Assembly (NCBI GenBank): GCA_964016885.1
Contig: OZ024743.1
Location: 120,466,001 to 120,530,000, forward strand
Length of the DNA stretch: 64,000 bases
DNA from: Eledone cirrhosa
Taxonomy: Eukaryota
Reading direction: 5' to 3'
In this document: in pieces, positions 43,786-58,508 of the stretch
Position numbering within the stretch: the first letter of the stretch is position 1
Layout of the letters: the number at the start of each line of letters is the position of its first letter
The notes under the pieces: model-generated
Database searches by the model: none
Seen by the model: the letters and a program-made list of their open reading frames with translations, nothing else
What the model was told of the DNA's origin: nothing
Program-made: the position numbers and the translations under genes

Positions 43786-43890
43786 GATATATATATATAC
43801 ATATATATATATAAATATATATACGTGGATAATTGTATAAAACATATACAATTATATATGTGCATATATATAATGTATACACACACAACC

Positions 43891-43937
<47 letters not shown>

Positions 43938-44238
43938 ACAAACATATGCATGTACATATATATATGTAAATAATAGGTTTATGTATATATACATATATAT
44001 ATATATGTACACTTGCACAGCCAGAGACATACGCATTGGAATATCTAAATACATACACATACATACTTATGCACACACACACACATGTATATATATATAT
44101 ATATATATATATAATAGGAAATATGTATCGTAGGAGAGGATAAGAAAGAGAAATACAGAGAGGTGCTATACATATATATATCTGTATAGGTATACACACA
44201 CGCACATACATACATACATACATACATACATACATACA

Positions 44239-44302
<64 letters not shown>

Positions 44303-44381
44303 TATTTATATGTGCAAATTAACCGAATATTATTAGTGATATTCGTAAAACTCAGATTACATATATATAAATATATATGTA

Positions 44382-44421
<40 letters not shown>

Positions 44422-44429
44422 TGTATATA

Positions 44430-44614
44430 AGTTATTCCGGGTTTAACCGGAGGTAACCACAGTAAGTAAAGTACTCAATACATTGCAGAGTATAAAAGTT
44501 TTAATACAGAAGAGCTTCTACAGGACTAGAACTGTTTCATTCGTGAGAAATCATCAGGAAGCTTCTTGATGATTTCTCACGGATGAAACAGTTCTAGTCC
44601 TGTAGAAGCTCTTT
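44430..44614 (-). mobile_element. Family B element: two opposed hammerheads plus tail
   Basis: Palindrome centred on gaagcttc (44558-44565). Tail with gtactcaatac on the left. Flanked by (TA)n. Confidence 0.85.
44513..44563 (-). ncRNA. Type I hammerhead ribozyme, intact core
   Basis: Minus strand: agcttc-CTGATGA-T TTC tcac GAA T-GAAA-CAG ttctagtc CTG-TA-gaagct. Confidence 0.8.
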
Positions 44615-44627
44615 TATATATATATAT

Positions 44628-44820
44628 AACGAAGGATATGTGGTAAAGAACCAAGTGGACCATAACGCACCAAAGTACTCAATACTTAGGGTAGTAGAGT
44701 GGGTAATAGGAACGAGTAGGACCCCGACGGCTGAGCTCAACCCGTCTCGACGGCTAATTCTGTCCAGAATTAGCCGTCGAAACGGCTTGAGCTCAGCCGT
44801 CGGGGTCCTACTCTTTCCTA
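44628..44820 (-). mobile_element. Family A fold-back element
   Basis: Tail on the left. Arms meet at aattctgtccagaatt. Confidence 0.88.
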
Positions 44821-44849
44821 TATATATATATATATATTATATATATATA

Positions 44850-44889
<40 letters not shown>

Positions 44890-45185
44890 ACCTTCTGTCT
44901 CTTCAACTGTCACTACAATGACCTTTAATTCCAGGAGATTCCTATGCTCCTGCCACTTTCACTCCAGGACTGTAGATTCACTCGTTTCTACTACTTTCCC
45001 CCCATATTGTATACTATCCGGAGACCTGCACTAACCGTAGCATCACGTTCTTTCCTGCGAAAAATGTCGGCATAATGGACGCCCTTGGATTTTGCCCATT
45101 CTTAATCTGTTTCTATATGTTTGTGTGTCTTTATCACTCTCTCCTCTCTCCTCTTCCCTCTCTCTCCCGCTCCGTTTCTTTTTCT

Positions 45186-45240
<55 letters not shown>

Positions 45241-45296
45241 TATATATATATATGTTTACAAATATATATAACTGCATTATATATAATGTATGTTTG

Positions 45297-45460
<164 letters not shown>

Positions 45461-45552
45461 TATATATATATATGTTTACAAATATATATAACTGCATTAT
45501 ATATATATGTATGTTTGTATGTATGTGTGTGTTGTGTGTTTACGGATTTATG

Positions 45553-45600
<48 letters not shown>

Positions 45601-45767
45601 CCGTTAAACACTCCATGTCGCTGTTAAGTGTTCAATTGTGATATGGTATTAAAACCTAGTCAATAAATGCTCACTCATATATATATATGCATGTATGTAT
45701 ATATATATATATATACACTCTTTTTGTACCCTTTTTACAGACACAGCGAGAGACAGAAACACACACT

Positions 45768-45860
<93 letters not shown>

Positions 45861-46155
45861 TCACACGGACACACTCACACACACTCACATATATATATAT
45901 AATACTTGTCTCGGGCATACTGAATATGGCGAGTGTAAAAATTTCACTCAACTGAGCATATATTTGTAATTCGTAGAGCGAAGTCAAAGGATGGAATTGT
46001 TATAATCTTAGTTGATCGAAATGCTTTGGAACATTTTTAGACAACGGACCTTATCTTACTGGATGCAGACATCATTAAAGCTACAAGCAATTTAGTTATC
46101 CTCATTAAATCTTATTCTCCTTGTAAGTTAGAATGATTAGAAAAGTCATATGTAC

Positions 46156-46247
<92 letters not shown>

Positions 46248-46249
<2 letters not shown>

Positions 46250-46459
46250 CGAAGGAAATGTGGTAAGGAACCAGGTGGACCACAACGCACCAAAGTACTC
46301 AATACTTAGGGTAGTAGAGTGGGTAATAGGAACGAGTAGGACCCCGACGACTGAGCTCAAGCCGTTTCGACGGCTAATTCTGGACTAAAAAAAAATTTTT
46401 TTTAGTCCAGAATTAGCTGTCGAAACGGCTTGAGCTCAGCCGTCGGGGTCCTACTCGTT

Positions 46460-46463
<4 letters not shown>
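46248..46463 (-). mobile_element. Family A fold-back element, most complete palindrome (~75-bp arms)
   Basis: Centre ctggact-aaaaaaaaa-tttttttt-agtccag. Flanked by (TA)n. Confidence 0.9.
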
Positions 46464-46514
<51 letters not shown>

Positions 46515-46579
46515 GTGTGGTATTGGCGGACGGAATAATAAGTACGTAATATACCAAATTAGAGCCAAATATTCTTTAT

Positions 46580-46682
46580 TATGGCTGAGTCATATTACTC
46601 TATAGTTTCACCTGTGCAGATACGTATGTGTTGAACCTGTGAGTGCACAGGTAAAACTCCAGAGTAACAAGACTCACCACTT
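46580..46682. mobile_element. Family D fold-back element (hammerhead-like), related to 58440-58508
   Basis: tgagtc..ttactct..agtttcacctgtgca / tgcacaggtaaaactccagagtaacaagactca. Confidence 0.55.
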
Positions 46683-46711
46683 AACCACAATATATATATA
46701 TATATATATAT

Positions 46712-46796
<85 letters not shown>

Positions 46797-46929
46797 TATA
46801 TAATTCATATATGTATATTTACATATATCTAATGTACATATAGATACGCACACACATACACGCACACAACATATAAATATTTATATTATAAACATATACG
46901 CATGCACACACGCGCACTCACAAGTTCTT

Positions 46930-47760
46930 TGTGAAACGGAGTGATGGCGGTTGAGACACACGGCCATTCCAAATGGCTTTTGCATGTCACATGGCAATAC
47001 ACCGACCTTGCCTGCTGAGTATTAATGGGAGAATCGAATACATCTTATGCGTACACAGCCATGAAACCGTCTTATCAGAAGCTGAAGGACTTCTGAATAA
47101 CTACTCTGAGTTTGCAACTATTCCATGCAACCCAAAGCTTCACTAACCTACATATAGAGAAACCTGGAAGAGAGACGCTCATCATACCAGCAGGATGTGA
47201 TATATTGGTAAATGTCTCTCAACTATGCAAATAGCTTTCACAGAAAACGTGGACACTCCTGGACACATGAGAGATATATCCCATCCCGCGTAAAAATACA
47301 TCACTTCGTTATACAGAATCAAATGATAGATATTAAATACTCAACCAATATGAAAGATAAGACTACTTCTAAAACCAAACGTTGCGATAGAAAATGTCTA
47401 TTGTGCCATACTATCATGGAAGATACCACTCACGGCATTAACAGCTGCCCAAATATGCCCGTAAAGTACGATCTTCCCATGCAACATCACATAGCTGCAA
47501 AATCAGGAAGGATTGCTTTGGCCGTCATTAAAAAAATCACTATTAAACCTACTTGTATCCACAACTTAGGAAATAGGGAGTATTGGTGTGACATTTCATT
47601 AAACCAGCAATCCAGAAACTTAACGAAATTGATGTGGTGCTATAGGGTAGGGAACAAGTGTATACAATATATTTATGTATAGTGAACATATATCGTCTTG
47701 CTGTGAGTATTTTAAGTTGTAATCATATCACAGCTATCGCAGAAACCATGTGAAAACGCC
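46930..47760 (+). mobile_element. Decayed R4/Dong-like LINE C-terminal fragment (CCHC finger)
   Basis: ORF 47212-47682: SWTHERY..FVIQNQMIDIKY..KCLLCHTIMEDTTHGINSCPNMPVKYDLPMQH..EYWCDIS, i.e. C-x2-C-x8-H-x4-C. Confidence 0.8.
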
Positions 47761-48016
47761 ACCCAAATGTATTTGAGATTCGTTAATCCATAATCTGTGA
47801 TTCTTAAGCGCTTAGTACTGAAGTGTATAAGCTAATTCTTCATATATATATATATTTTACAAACAATACCAGTTAGATGTTGGCTTATGTGCACAGAGAG
47901 CGATCTTGAAGGGCTAGTATTAATTAACAATAGCACTAACACTGCACGATTAAAATAGAAGCTTACATGTCAGATTACACAATTTATGTATGCATAATAA
48001 ATAGCTACACGCATAT

Positions 48017-48089
<73 letters not shown>

Positions 48090-48104
48090 ATGAATAACAA
48101 ATCT

Positions 48105-48163
48105 AATGTAGAAATTGTTCTAGAACTGTTTTTCATTCGAAGGAAATCATCAGGCTTTCCTGA
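48105..48163 (-). mobile_element. Family B remnant
   Basis: ctagaactgtttttcattcgaaggaaatcatcagg. Confidence 0.65.
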
Positions 48164-48183
48164 CACACACACACACAGACACA

Positions 48184-48288
<105 letters not shown>

Positions 48289-48714
48289 TTATTTGTCGCA
48301 CAAATAATGTAGCTGATTGTAACAATTGGCGAAGAGTCTCTTGTCGGTCTCAGACTTTTGCAATAGGCTTCTACACATATCTAACATTATCAGTTGAAGT
48401 TACTTTGAAGGACAGGTCTGTATTTCCCCCGGCCACTCTTAATACATTTTATTGAGTTTAAAATTTTATTGAATAGTGATTATCGAGAAACCCTATGGAG
48501 CATCACATAAATTTACGGCAGTACAGACCAATGCAATCCACTCATTAGAAACATTAACATTTCTGAAAATTGAAACACTACAAATTTTGACATTTTAACC
48601 GAGGTGGCGCACATGTCGCCATTCAAGTCTCTACTAGATGTAGAGTCAAAAAAGCAGCCCACAATACTGAGTATATACAAGGACACACACACACACACAC
48701 TCACACAGACGCAG

Positions 48715-48805
<91 letters not shown>

Positions 48806-48869
48806 TATATATATATACATACATACATGTGTGTGTGTATTTATATAGTTATATTTATATTTATCTCTC

Positions 48870-48943
<74 letters not shown>

Positions 48944-48997
48944 TATAGGAGGAAGTTAGAGTTCACTTGAAGCATTGTGTAATGAGGTATAAACGTT

Positions 48998-49055
<58 letters not shown>

Positions 49056-49259
49056 AGTGTGTGTGTAGACAATCCAAGCTCAAATGGAAGTGAATACATG
49101 AAAACGTGCTAACGTATAATTTAATCTATCTTAATCAAACTTAAAATTCAAGTGTTCAGGTCACTTCTGTGATCCATTAATGCATCAGTGCCACTTCAGT
49201 CAGTATTGCACGTGGAGCTTAGACAGGGAAATTTAGACGAAGAATGACTATATATATAT

Positions 49260-49394
<135 letters not shown>

Positions 49395-49437
49395 GATATG
49401 TATATATATATATGTATATATATATATATGTATACAA

Positions 49438-49480
<43 letters not shown>

Positions 49481-49593
49481 ATATCCAATGCATTTTATAC
49501 GCGACGGATAATCTTATCGAAACGGTGAAGCTTAGTCGTCGTCGGGCAATGAAACCGAATATAACATATACACTCACATATATACACACGTTA

Positions 49594-49722
<129 letters not shown>

Positions 49723-49990
49723 TGTATATATATATATATATAAATATATAAATATATATATATATATAAATATATATAAATATATATATATACATATATA
49801 AATATATATATACACGTAGGTATATATTTAACGTATGTATGCACACACACACACAGACATACAGACAGACAGACACACACACACACACATATATATATAT
49901 ATGTAAATATGAGTATGCGCATTGCCAGGCACGTAGACACATACTTATTAAAAAACACATGCACACTTATATATACAATGGACATCTTAC

Positions 49991-50042
<52 letters not shown>

Positions 50043-50052
50043 TAATATACTA

Positions 50053-50121
50053 TGGGTAATAGGAAAAGAGTCAGGACCCCGACGGCTGAGCTCCAGCTGT
50101 CAAAACGGCCGGAGCTCAGCC

Positions 50122-50125
<4 letters not shown>
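50053..50125 (-). mobile_element. Family A subfamily fragment
   Basis: ggaaaagagtcaggaccccgacggctgagctc..aaacggccggagctcagccg. Same variant as 51737-51914. Confidence 0.8.
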
Positions 50126-50177
<52 letters not shown>

Positions 50178-50181
<4 letters not shown>

Positions 50182-50382
50182 GAAAATGTTTCACCCCGAC
50201 GGCAGAGCTCAGGCCGTTTCGACGGCTATTTCTGGACGGAAATAGTCCAGAAATAGCCGTCGAAACGGCTTGAGCTCTGCCGTCGGGGTCAAACATTTTC
50301 CTATTACCCACTCTACTACCCTAAGTATTGAGTACTCTGGTGCGTTATGGTCCATCTGGTTCCTTACCACACCTTCTTCGTT
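50178..50382 (+). mobile_element. Family A fold-back element (subfamily variant)
   Basis: Arms ggaaaatgttt.accccgacggcagagctc..gctatttctggac / gtccagaaatagc..ggggtcaaacattttcc, plus tail. Confidence 0.88.
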
Positions 50383-50416
50383 ATATATATATATATATAT
50401 ACATATGTATATATAC

Positions 50417-50465
<49 letters not shown>

Positions 50466-50634
50466 CACACATGTACGTGTTTGTGTGTACATATGTGCAC
50501 AGACACTATTATAAATGTACGCATTTATAAATTTAAATGCTTATATGAAAACCCACACAATCGCATATGAACTGAAACAATGTGCACATAAAGGAATTTT
50601 TGTAGACCTCCACAACCACATGAAAGTATATAAT

Positions 50635-50818
50635 TGTTTCTACTTTAGACACAAGGCCAGCAATTACCCAGTGCATTACTGGTACTTTATTTTATCGACC
50701 CCGTAAGGATGAAAGGCAAAGTCAACCTCGGCGGGATTTGAACCCAGATCGTAAAGGAACGTAACTATGCTCGAAAGCATGGCGTCCGACGCTCTACCGA
50801 TACTGCCAATCCACCGTC
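50635..50818 (-). mobile_element. Full-length tRNA-derived SINE with 16-bp TSD
   Basis: TSD cat(g/a)aaagtatataat at 50619-50634 and 50819-50834. A-box tggcagtatcggtagagc, B-box ggttcaaatcc. Confidence 0.92.
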
Positions 50819-51159
50819 CATAAAAGTATATAATGCGTGTATATAGATTTATACATACATTAATACACAAATACATCCTCAAAATGCCTGCGCATAGACA
50901 CTCATTCACCCATACACACCCATGGAAAAAACTCATGCGTATATACCAATTTAGACACATATGTACACGTGCACAATTAAACATGCATACATATATACCC
51001 ACCTACACACTCACAAACGTATATATATATATATATATATATACAATATTCAAACATATGCATACTTACATTATATGAATATTATAAAAAATATTTACGT
51101 ATATATATATATGTCTTTTATATTTGATACATATACTGACAGAGCACACCCATACATAA

Positions 51160-51340
51160 CTGTTTCTACTTTTAGCACAAGGCGAGCAAATACCCCAGTG
51201 CATTACTGGTGCTTTATTTTATCAACTCCGTAAGGATGAAAGGCAAACTTAACATCGGCGGTATTTGAACTCAGAACATAAAGGGACATAACTCTATGCT
51301 GTAAAGCATGGTGTCTAACGCTCTACTGATACTGCCAGTC
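51160..51340 (-). mobile_element. tRNA-derived SINE with 11-bp TSD
   Basis: TSD cccatacataa at 51149-51159 and 51341-51351. Confidence 0.9.
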
Positions 51341-51668
51341 CCCATACATAATGCTAATACAGCCGGACACACTTAGACACTATCACAGACAATGTATTGA
51401 CCTTCCCAACTATATATACATGGTGATACACACAAAAAATACAAACTCACATGTTCGTCACATCCACTTTTCTATTTTTTTCTATTTTCTCATCTGTCAA
51501 CTTTTACTCTCCTGAGGAAGGACTAACGTCCGATACGTTGAACTTATTTTCTCTCTTTCTTCCAAAGCGTGAACCAAATAATACTAATTATTTTTTTAAT
51601 CTCTCTGATTGTCATTTTTATTCTCTCTCTGTCTCTCTCTTCCCCTTTCTCTCTCTCTCACTCTCTCT

Positions 51669-51736
<68 letters not shown>

Positions 51737-51739
<3 letters not shown>

Positions 51740-51914
51740 GAAGGAAGTGTGGTAAGAAACCAGGCGGACCATAACGCACCAGAGTACTTGATACTTAGGG
51801 TAGTAGAGTGGGTAATAAGAAAAAAAGTCTTGAGCTCCGGCCGTTTCGACGGCGTTCAGACCTAGCTGTCTAAACGGCCGGAGCTCAGCCGTCGGGGTCC
51901 TGACTCTTTTCCTA
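51737..51914 (-). mobile_element. Family A element (subfamily variant)
   Basis: Tail on the left. gagctccggccgttt / aaacggccggagctcagccgtcggggtcc. Confidence 0.85.
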
Positions 51915-52254
51915 TATATATGCATAACCATCAAAGTTCTCTACTCGTAGTAATTCTCAGTGAACGGGGGAATGTTATTCTTCTTCTCACCATAGCCGCA
52001 CCTGGAATCTAATATTCCACCTGCGCTTATATTCCACATAGATATCTAATACATTTAGGCAATATATATATATATATATATATATATACCATTGATTGGT
52101 ATATATATAAATATATACAGATAAATATACCAATCAATGGTAGGGTCTAAACCGTATGAAGAACTCAATGTAATCCGTATGTAGATGTCGTGAAGCAAAG
52201 TTTAAAATACAAAATTTTCAACGACATAATTCATTGGATACAGAGTAAAATAGA

Positions 52255-52373
52255 AATATTAAAACAATGAAATTAAACAAAAAAACGGTTAATTCATAGT
52301 AAAACTCATTATTTTTAGAAATAATGAGTTTTACTATGAATTAACCGTTTTTTGTTTAATTTCATTGTTTTAA

Positions 52374-52378
<5 letters not shown>
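52255..52378. repeat. Near-perfect ~60-bp-arm AT-rich palindrome next to (TA)n
   Basis: aatattaaaacaatgaaattaaac..gtaaaactcattattt / aaataatgagttttac..gtttaatttcattgttttaatatt. Confidence 0.9.
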
Positions 52379-52460
<82 letters not shown>

Positions 52461-52467
<7 letters not shown>

Positions 52468-52640
52468 TTCCAAGTATTAACAAAATAGATGTTCTTGTGA
52501 TCAATTATATTTTATTATACATATATCAGAGTTACTGAATTAAGTTCAACAGTACGTCCTCATCAGATACAATAAAATCTGTATAATAAAATATAATTGA
52601 TCACAAGAATATCTATTTTGTTAATATCTTGAATTAATAT
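52461..52640. mobile_element. Inverted-repeat element with a CTGATGAGGAC motif in the spacer
   Basis: Arms attaacaaaatagat.ttcttgtgatcaattatattttattataca mirrored at 52580-52626. The spacer has gtcctcatcag. Confidence 0.6.
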
Positions 52641-52729
52641 TAATAACTCTGGAAAACATTACTGTAGAGTGCTTCCAATCTATTGTAAAACTCATTCTTT
52701 GAAGTATTCATTTAATCTTGTGTAACTCT

Positions 52730-52773
<44 letters not shown>

Positions 52774-52881
52774 CATATATATTTATGTATATGTGTGTGT
52801 TTGTGTGTTTTTATATATATATATATATATATATGTGTGCGTGCGCACGCGCGCGTTTTTGTATGTATGTATGTATGTATG

Positions 52882-52912
<31 letters not shown>

Positions 52913-53009
52913 GTACTTGTCTTTCTGTCTGTCGCTCTCTCGCTTTAGTCACTCTCACTCTCTCTCTCTTTATTTATGTACATATATCAATCATGATAGA
53001 TTCAGTTTG

Positions 53010-53188
53010 AAACTGGTTAGACCATTACTCAACATATTACTTAATCTTTGGGGCAGTAAAGTATGGTTATATTTATAAAGAGTCATCACACCGACGGTTG
53101 AGTCCTTGCCATTTAAACAGCTATTACCAGACTAGAACCAGCTGTTGAAACGGCAAGAGCTCAGCCGCCGGGGTTCCGATTCTTTATA
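53010..53188 (-). mobile_element. Older family A element
   Basis: Decayed tail plus gaaacggcaagagctcagccgccgggg. Confidence 0.65.
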
Positions 53189-53211
53189 ATATATATATAT
53201 ATATATAGTAC

Positions 53212-53242
<31 letters not shown>

Positions 53243-53291
53243 CATACATACATACACACACGCGCGCGTGCGCACGCACACACACGTATAT

Positions 53292-53399
53292 ATGTTTAAC
53301 CCCGACGGCAGAGCTCAAGCCGTTTCGACGGCTATTTTGGTCGAGACGAGAAATAGCCGTCGAAACGGCTTGAGCTCTGCCGTCGAGGTTAAACTTTTT

Positions 53400-53403
<4 letters not shown>
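53292..53403. mobile_element. Family A palindrome without tail
   Basis: gtttaaccccgacggcagagctcaagccgtttcgacggctattt / aaatagccgtcgaaacggcttgagctctgccgtcgaggttaaac. Confidence 0.85.
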
Positions 53404-53465
<62 letters not shown>

Positions 53466-53608
53466 ATGTTGTTTCGGGTTCAGACTCAATTCTGTGGCTC
53501 TTTGAACTACTATAGACATGAGTTGACCTTGTGACCTTCGGCTGACCTTGTGAATGGAATTTGGTAATAGTGCATACAGATGTGTGTGTGTGTGTGTGTG
53601 TGTGCGCG

Positions 53609-53661
<53 letters not shown>

Positions 53662-53740
53662 CTATGTCTTTGTGTGTGTATGTGTGTGTAACCGTGTCTA
53701 CTTCTTTTAAAAACTGGTGTTTTATACACACACACACACA

Positions 53741-53794
<54 letters not shown>

Positions 53795-54235
53795 ATTCCT
53801 TGTTTCTTGGTTTCTCCTCTAAGTGTCTATAACTCTTCTCTCCCAATCCTACTTCATTAGAATGTTCATTCTTTTTATATCACCTTTTAACAAGAACTCC
53901 GTTTCCAGAGTTTATTACATTGGATACAACATATTTTTGCTCATGGAATATTCTGGAATAGATCTTGATCACTTTTGATGATTCACTGAGAAATGGCGAC
54001 GTTGTTATAAGGCAAACAGAAAATTTCTGATTTTCATTTCACACACGCATACACGCACGCATACACACACAAAACACACAGACAAACGTACACAAATATA
54101 TACACACCACATGTACACACCACACACATACTTACACGTAAATCCACACACATGTATACGGCAAAAATGGTGTCGCCAATTATAACAATTAGTGGGGAGT
54201 TAGAATGTTATTGGTCACAGGCAAGGTATTTTGCA

Positions 54236-55339
54236 ATATGGACGATTACCGATTACCAATTACCGATTAATCGGCCTTGCCTTATTGGCCGATTCGGTTT
54301 AACCATCCGCCTATTTTCTATAATGTAATTATATACTGTGATATGAAAATGTGTATTACAATTAATTGCAGGTAATATATAATATTTCATATCTAAATTA
54401 CAATTATGGAGCTACTATTTGAAAGCACATGATAACAAAATTAGGTCAATTTTAGCTTAGTTTCTAGTCTTTATTGGCATTGAACTGTGTCATTCAATAA
54501 CGCCACCTTCTGTTCATAACATGCCCCACATTCTGTATCATCACATAAGTTTCCGTTTTGCTTAATCATTGTATGACCATAAAGCCAACATGTTTGTCTG
54601 AGTAGTTATATTGACATAAAGCCAACATGTTTTGTCTGAGTAGTTATATTGACATAAAACCAAAAGTAACAAAAAAATATTACAATTAACTAAACATGCA
54701 TAGAAGGCAATATGTAGCATAGCTATTAACATATTTGTTAGCTATCTAAACTCAGCCTGTTTATTCTCCAGTACTTAATGAGTCATAACGTCGAGGCTCG
54801 AGACAAAATTGGTTGGGATAGTGGATTCACTTAAGCTATATATACCTAAGAGTGGTCCGATTACTAGACAAGTTAGTAAGGAAGCCGTTAATTGGTTATG
54901 CTTTTTAAAGAGGGGGGGGGGGGGGGGGGGTTGAATACATTTAAAGAAACATGAAATCGGAATCTTTATAATTCTAAAATTAATTCCTTTTTAAAATATC
55001 AATTAAACATATCCTCTCAGGTGGGCAGGTTGGTCTCTCTTCTACACTCTTTCACCTACAGGAAGGTACGCACTGTGGGTTGTCCGAAGAAATTTCCAGT
55101 AGTGTAGACCAGCGCATTCGAGTATTAGGAATACACTGGTGGGTATAGATTGTGTCTCTTAGAATATATGTTTCTCATATATTTCTATAACAATTGAACA
55201 TGTTTCGGAATTTCTCTGTCATCCATGATTTTTTTGCTTCAACATACATGTCTATCACTAAGAATAAAAAACAATAGTGGCCGATACTGATTAATCGGCA
55301 AAATGGCCGATAGGGTGCCGATTAATCGTTGCATCTTTA
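54236..55339. mobile_element. Possible decayed non-autonomous hAT-like DNA transposon
   Basis: Both ends carry clustered ccgattaatcgg / ccgat subterminal repeats. Right end ..ccgattaatcgttgcatcttta. Confidence 0.4.
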
Positions 55340-55743
55340 ATATAATAAAAGGCAGAGAATTTGCAGAATTGTTATGTCATCGGATAGAATGCTTCGCCGT
55401 ATTTGTTACACTTCCCTGCAATCTCAGTTCAAATCCTGTCAAGGTCAAATATACCATTTATCCTTTTGCACAGATCAGCGAGTGATTGGTTGGTCATTGG
55501 TGAAATTATTAGATCATTGGACGGGGTTATTTGTATCTATTCAGTTCTTTGGGCTCTAATGGTAACAATATAAAAAATAATTTAGATGACCATCTTGCTG
55601 TTATTTACCATTACATTTTGAAAGTAATGTCTTTTCTAATGCTTAACTCCTTTTATTGGCCGTTTCATACTGCACATTGAAAGACATACACACATGCACA
55701 CACACGCTACACATACATGCGTACACAGAGACACACACATATA

Positions 55744-55797
<54 letters not shown>

Positions 55798-55894
55798 AAC
55801 ATATGTGAAAAGATACGCATACATAAATATATGCATGCATATGTAAATATGCATGCATACATACAAACATACACGCACGCACACACAGCCACAC

Positions 55895-55946
<52 letters not shown>

Positions 55947-55968
55947 GCACACACACACATACACACAT

Positions 55969-56016
<48 letters not shown>

Positions 56017-56089
56017 CCACATACATATAAATATTTACACGTACATACACGCACACACACGCACACACACGCACATGCACACACACACA

Positions 56090-56139
<50 letters not shown>

Positions 56140-56179
56140 CACATGCCCCTTCCCTTTTATATAGATTTACCGGAAGAAA

Positions 56180-57400
56180 TAATATGATCTAGGAGTGCAT
56201 TAATGCGTTAGTCCTTAAGGGTATATTCCTATATCTACGGATTTTATGCATGCCTACTAAGCTGCATATGGGTATCTGTAGGATATATTTCACCAGAAGA
56301 TAAGTGGGATTAGATGCCAAATTTAATGGTTGTTTAAAAACAGTGTTTCAGTTTTGGGGGATTTCTGCCTAATTTGCGAGGAAAGGAAAGTGGCTAGATA
56401 CGGCTTATTGTGGGTGAAATATTTACTGTAAATTAAAGTTGTCTATGCTGGAGTGGTTGACATTAAATAAGAACAAATGAAAGTTTAGAGTCGTTGATTA
56501 ACCCATTCTATTGGCAAAGTAACTCTTAAACTGTGCTAGTTATTAAGGTTTAGATGTACATGGATTTGAAAGAAAGCATTCTATTTAAGTGGGGGAGGGG
56601 GTAATGAAATAATAGAGCTAATAAAGTTAGTGATAAAGCAATGTTATAAGATAGATTGTTTTGTTTTTAGATTTTAAAATCTGGCTAACGTCCTATTTTT
56701 GGAGGATGAAATTAGTGGTTAAAAGTTTGATTTAATTTCCATACCATATATGGTAGTCTTGACTATTTATCCTTCTAAGGTATTAATCGATAGTATTTAA
56801 TTTATTGAAGATAATTTAAATTAAGTGTATGGTCTAATAGGAATGTAATCTTAGGGAACCTTTTCGTGAAAGTAGTGTATCTTCCATGTTATTTAGGAGC
56901 AGATTTATAAGTTACCTATGAAGAAATATCAGTTTAAATATCAGTATTTAATTGTTGAAGAGGATCTTGAGATAAACTTAAGTATGAAGTTGATATGCAT
57001 CTTTGTTACCAATCTAGGTTTTATCAAAAGCGAATACTTTGTAATTGATTTTATAAGGAATGATGCTAACTTTTAGGGGCCAGATATAACTCAATAAAGA
57101 GTTTTTCTTGTAGGATTGCGGAATCAATGGATGTGTTCTTTAAATCTACTTTTAAATATTATAGCTATTAAATTTATGTAAGACACATGTTATTAGATTT
57201 AGTATATACGGTAGTCAATTAGTTTCTGTTAGAGACCAAAAGTCGATATTAAATATAGTTACAAGAGTAAAAATTAGATTTAATATCGTCTTACTAAGTA
57301 GAAAGTTTGGAACGGTCACTTCCAGCTAACATATATTCGCAGTTATTATTAGAGCGGTATCACAGTGTGGCATCCTTTTGGTTTAGTCGTGTGTAATATT
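56180..57400 (-). mobile_element. Possible very old Penelope-like RT remnant
   Basis: Minus-strand scraps DYIPIRP (~56840) and MLSF-KSMY (~56560) in the expected order. Heavily decayed. Confidence 0.3.
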
Positions 57401-58023
57401 TATGCATAGGGCGGGGGTGAATGTTTATGTCATAATTTAGATAAAATTTTACGACCAGGGACAGAGATTTGCAGGTTGAATGATGGATAGAATCTGACCA
57501 CTCTAGATGAAGGGGAAAAATACTGATAAAACAAGTATATAAAAATTAGTAAAAAAAAAAATTAGAAATGTCAACTAGAAAGAAAAAGTGCAACTAGAAG
57601 AAAACATAACAATTCCAAAAAACTATTCAGAAACTAAAATTATGAAATAAACAAATTTTTAATATTTTTTAATTCATTTACAAATATAAGAAAAAATGTA
57701 AGCAAGCACATTTACACTCATATACCCATACAAACACGCATACACATACATATATGCCCATTGTTATATTAATAAAATTACTACTCTCAGTGTAATGTAT
57801 ACTTACATACGCACAGAGTAACATGACAGCAGATAGAAATACTTGAAAATACTTAACAACATAAAAATGGCGAGCCGAAATGTCAGTTGCAACAATGTTT
57901 TGTTTGAAGAGATTGCAAATTGCAGCGGAAATATTTATGAGAAATAAATACAACAGAAATGAAAGAAATCACTGAGTATTTTACAATTTTCACGACTTAA
58001 AACTACTAAAAATCCAATAGACA

Positions 58024-58106
<83 letters not shown>

Positions 58107-58129
58107 TATATATATATATATATTTATAT

Positions 58130-58299
58130 AACGAAGGAAATGTGGTAAGGAACCAGGTGGACCATAACGCACCAAAGTACTCAATACTTAGGGTAGTAGA
58201 GTGGGTAATAGGAACGAGTAGGACCCCGACGGCTAATTCTGTCCAGAATTAGCCGTCGAAACGGCTTGAGCTCAGCCGTCGGGGTCCTACTCGTTCCTA
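58130..58299 (-). mobile_element. Family A element with an internal deletion in one arm
   Basis: Tail on the left. The deletion lies between two gacggct direct repeats. Confidence 0.88.
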
Positions 58300-58370
58300 T
58301 ATATATTTATATATATATATATATTGAATGTATACACACACACATATATAAATATATATACATATATATA

Positions 58371-58433
<63 letters not shown>

Positions 58434-58439
58434 CTTTAT

Positions 58440-58508
58440 ATGGCTGGCTAAGTGATGAATTTTGTTACACTGGAGTTTCGCCTGTGTGTACAAAGGATCA
58501 TTAGAATT
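58440..58508 (-). ncRNA. Family D degenerate hammerhead
   Basis: Minus strand: CTAATGA-T cctttgtacacacagg C-GAAA-ctccagtg-TA-acaa. Confidence 0.45.

Noticed and set aside
44885-45110. Possible CR1/Jockey LINE 3' remnant (similar impression at 51925-52060)
   Set aside because: Too decayed to recover a diagnostic motif.
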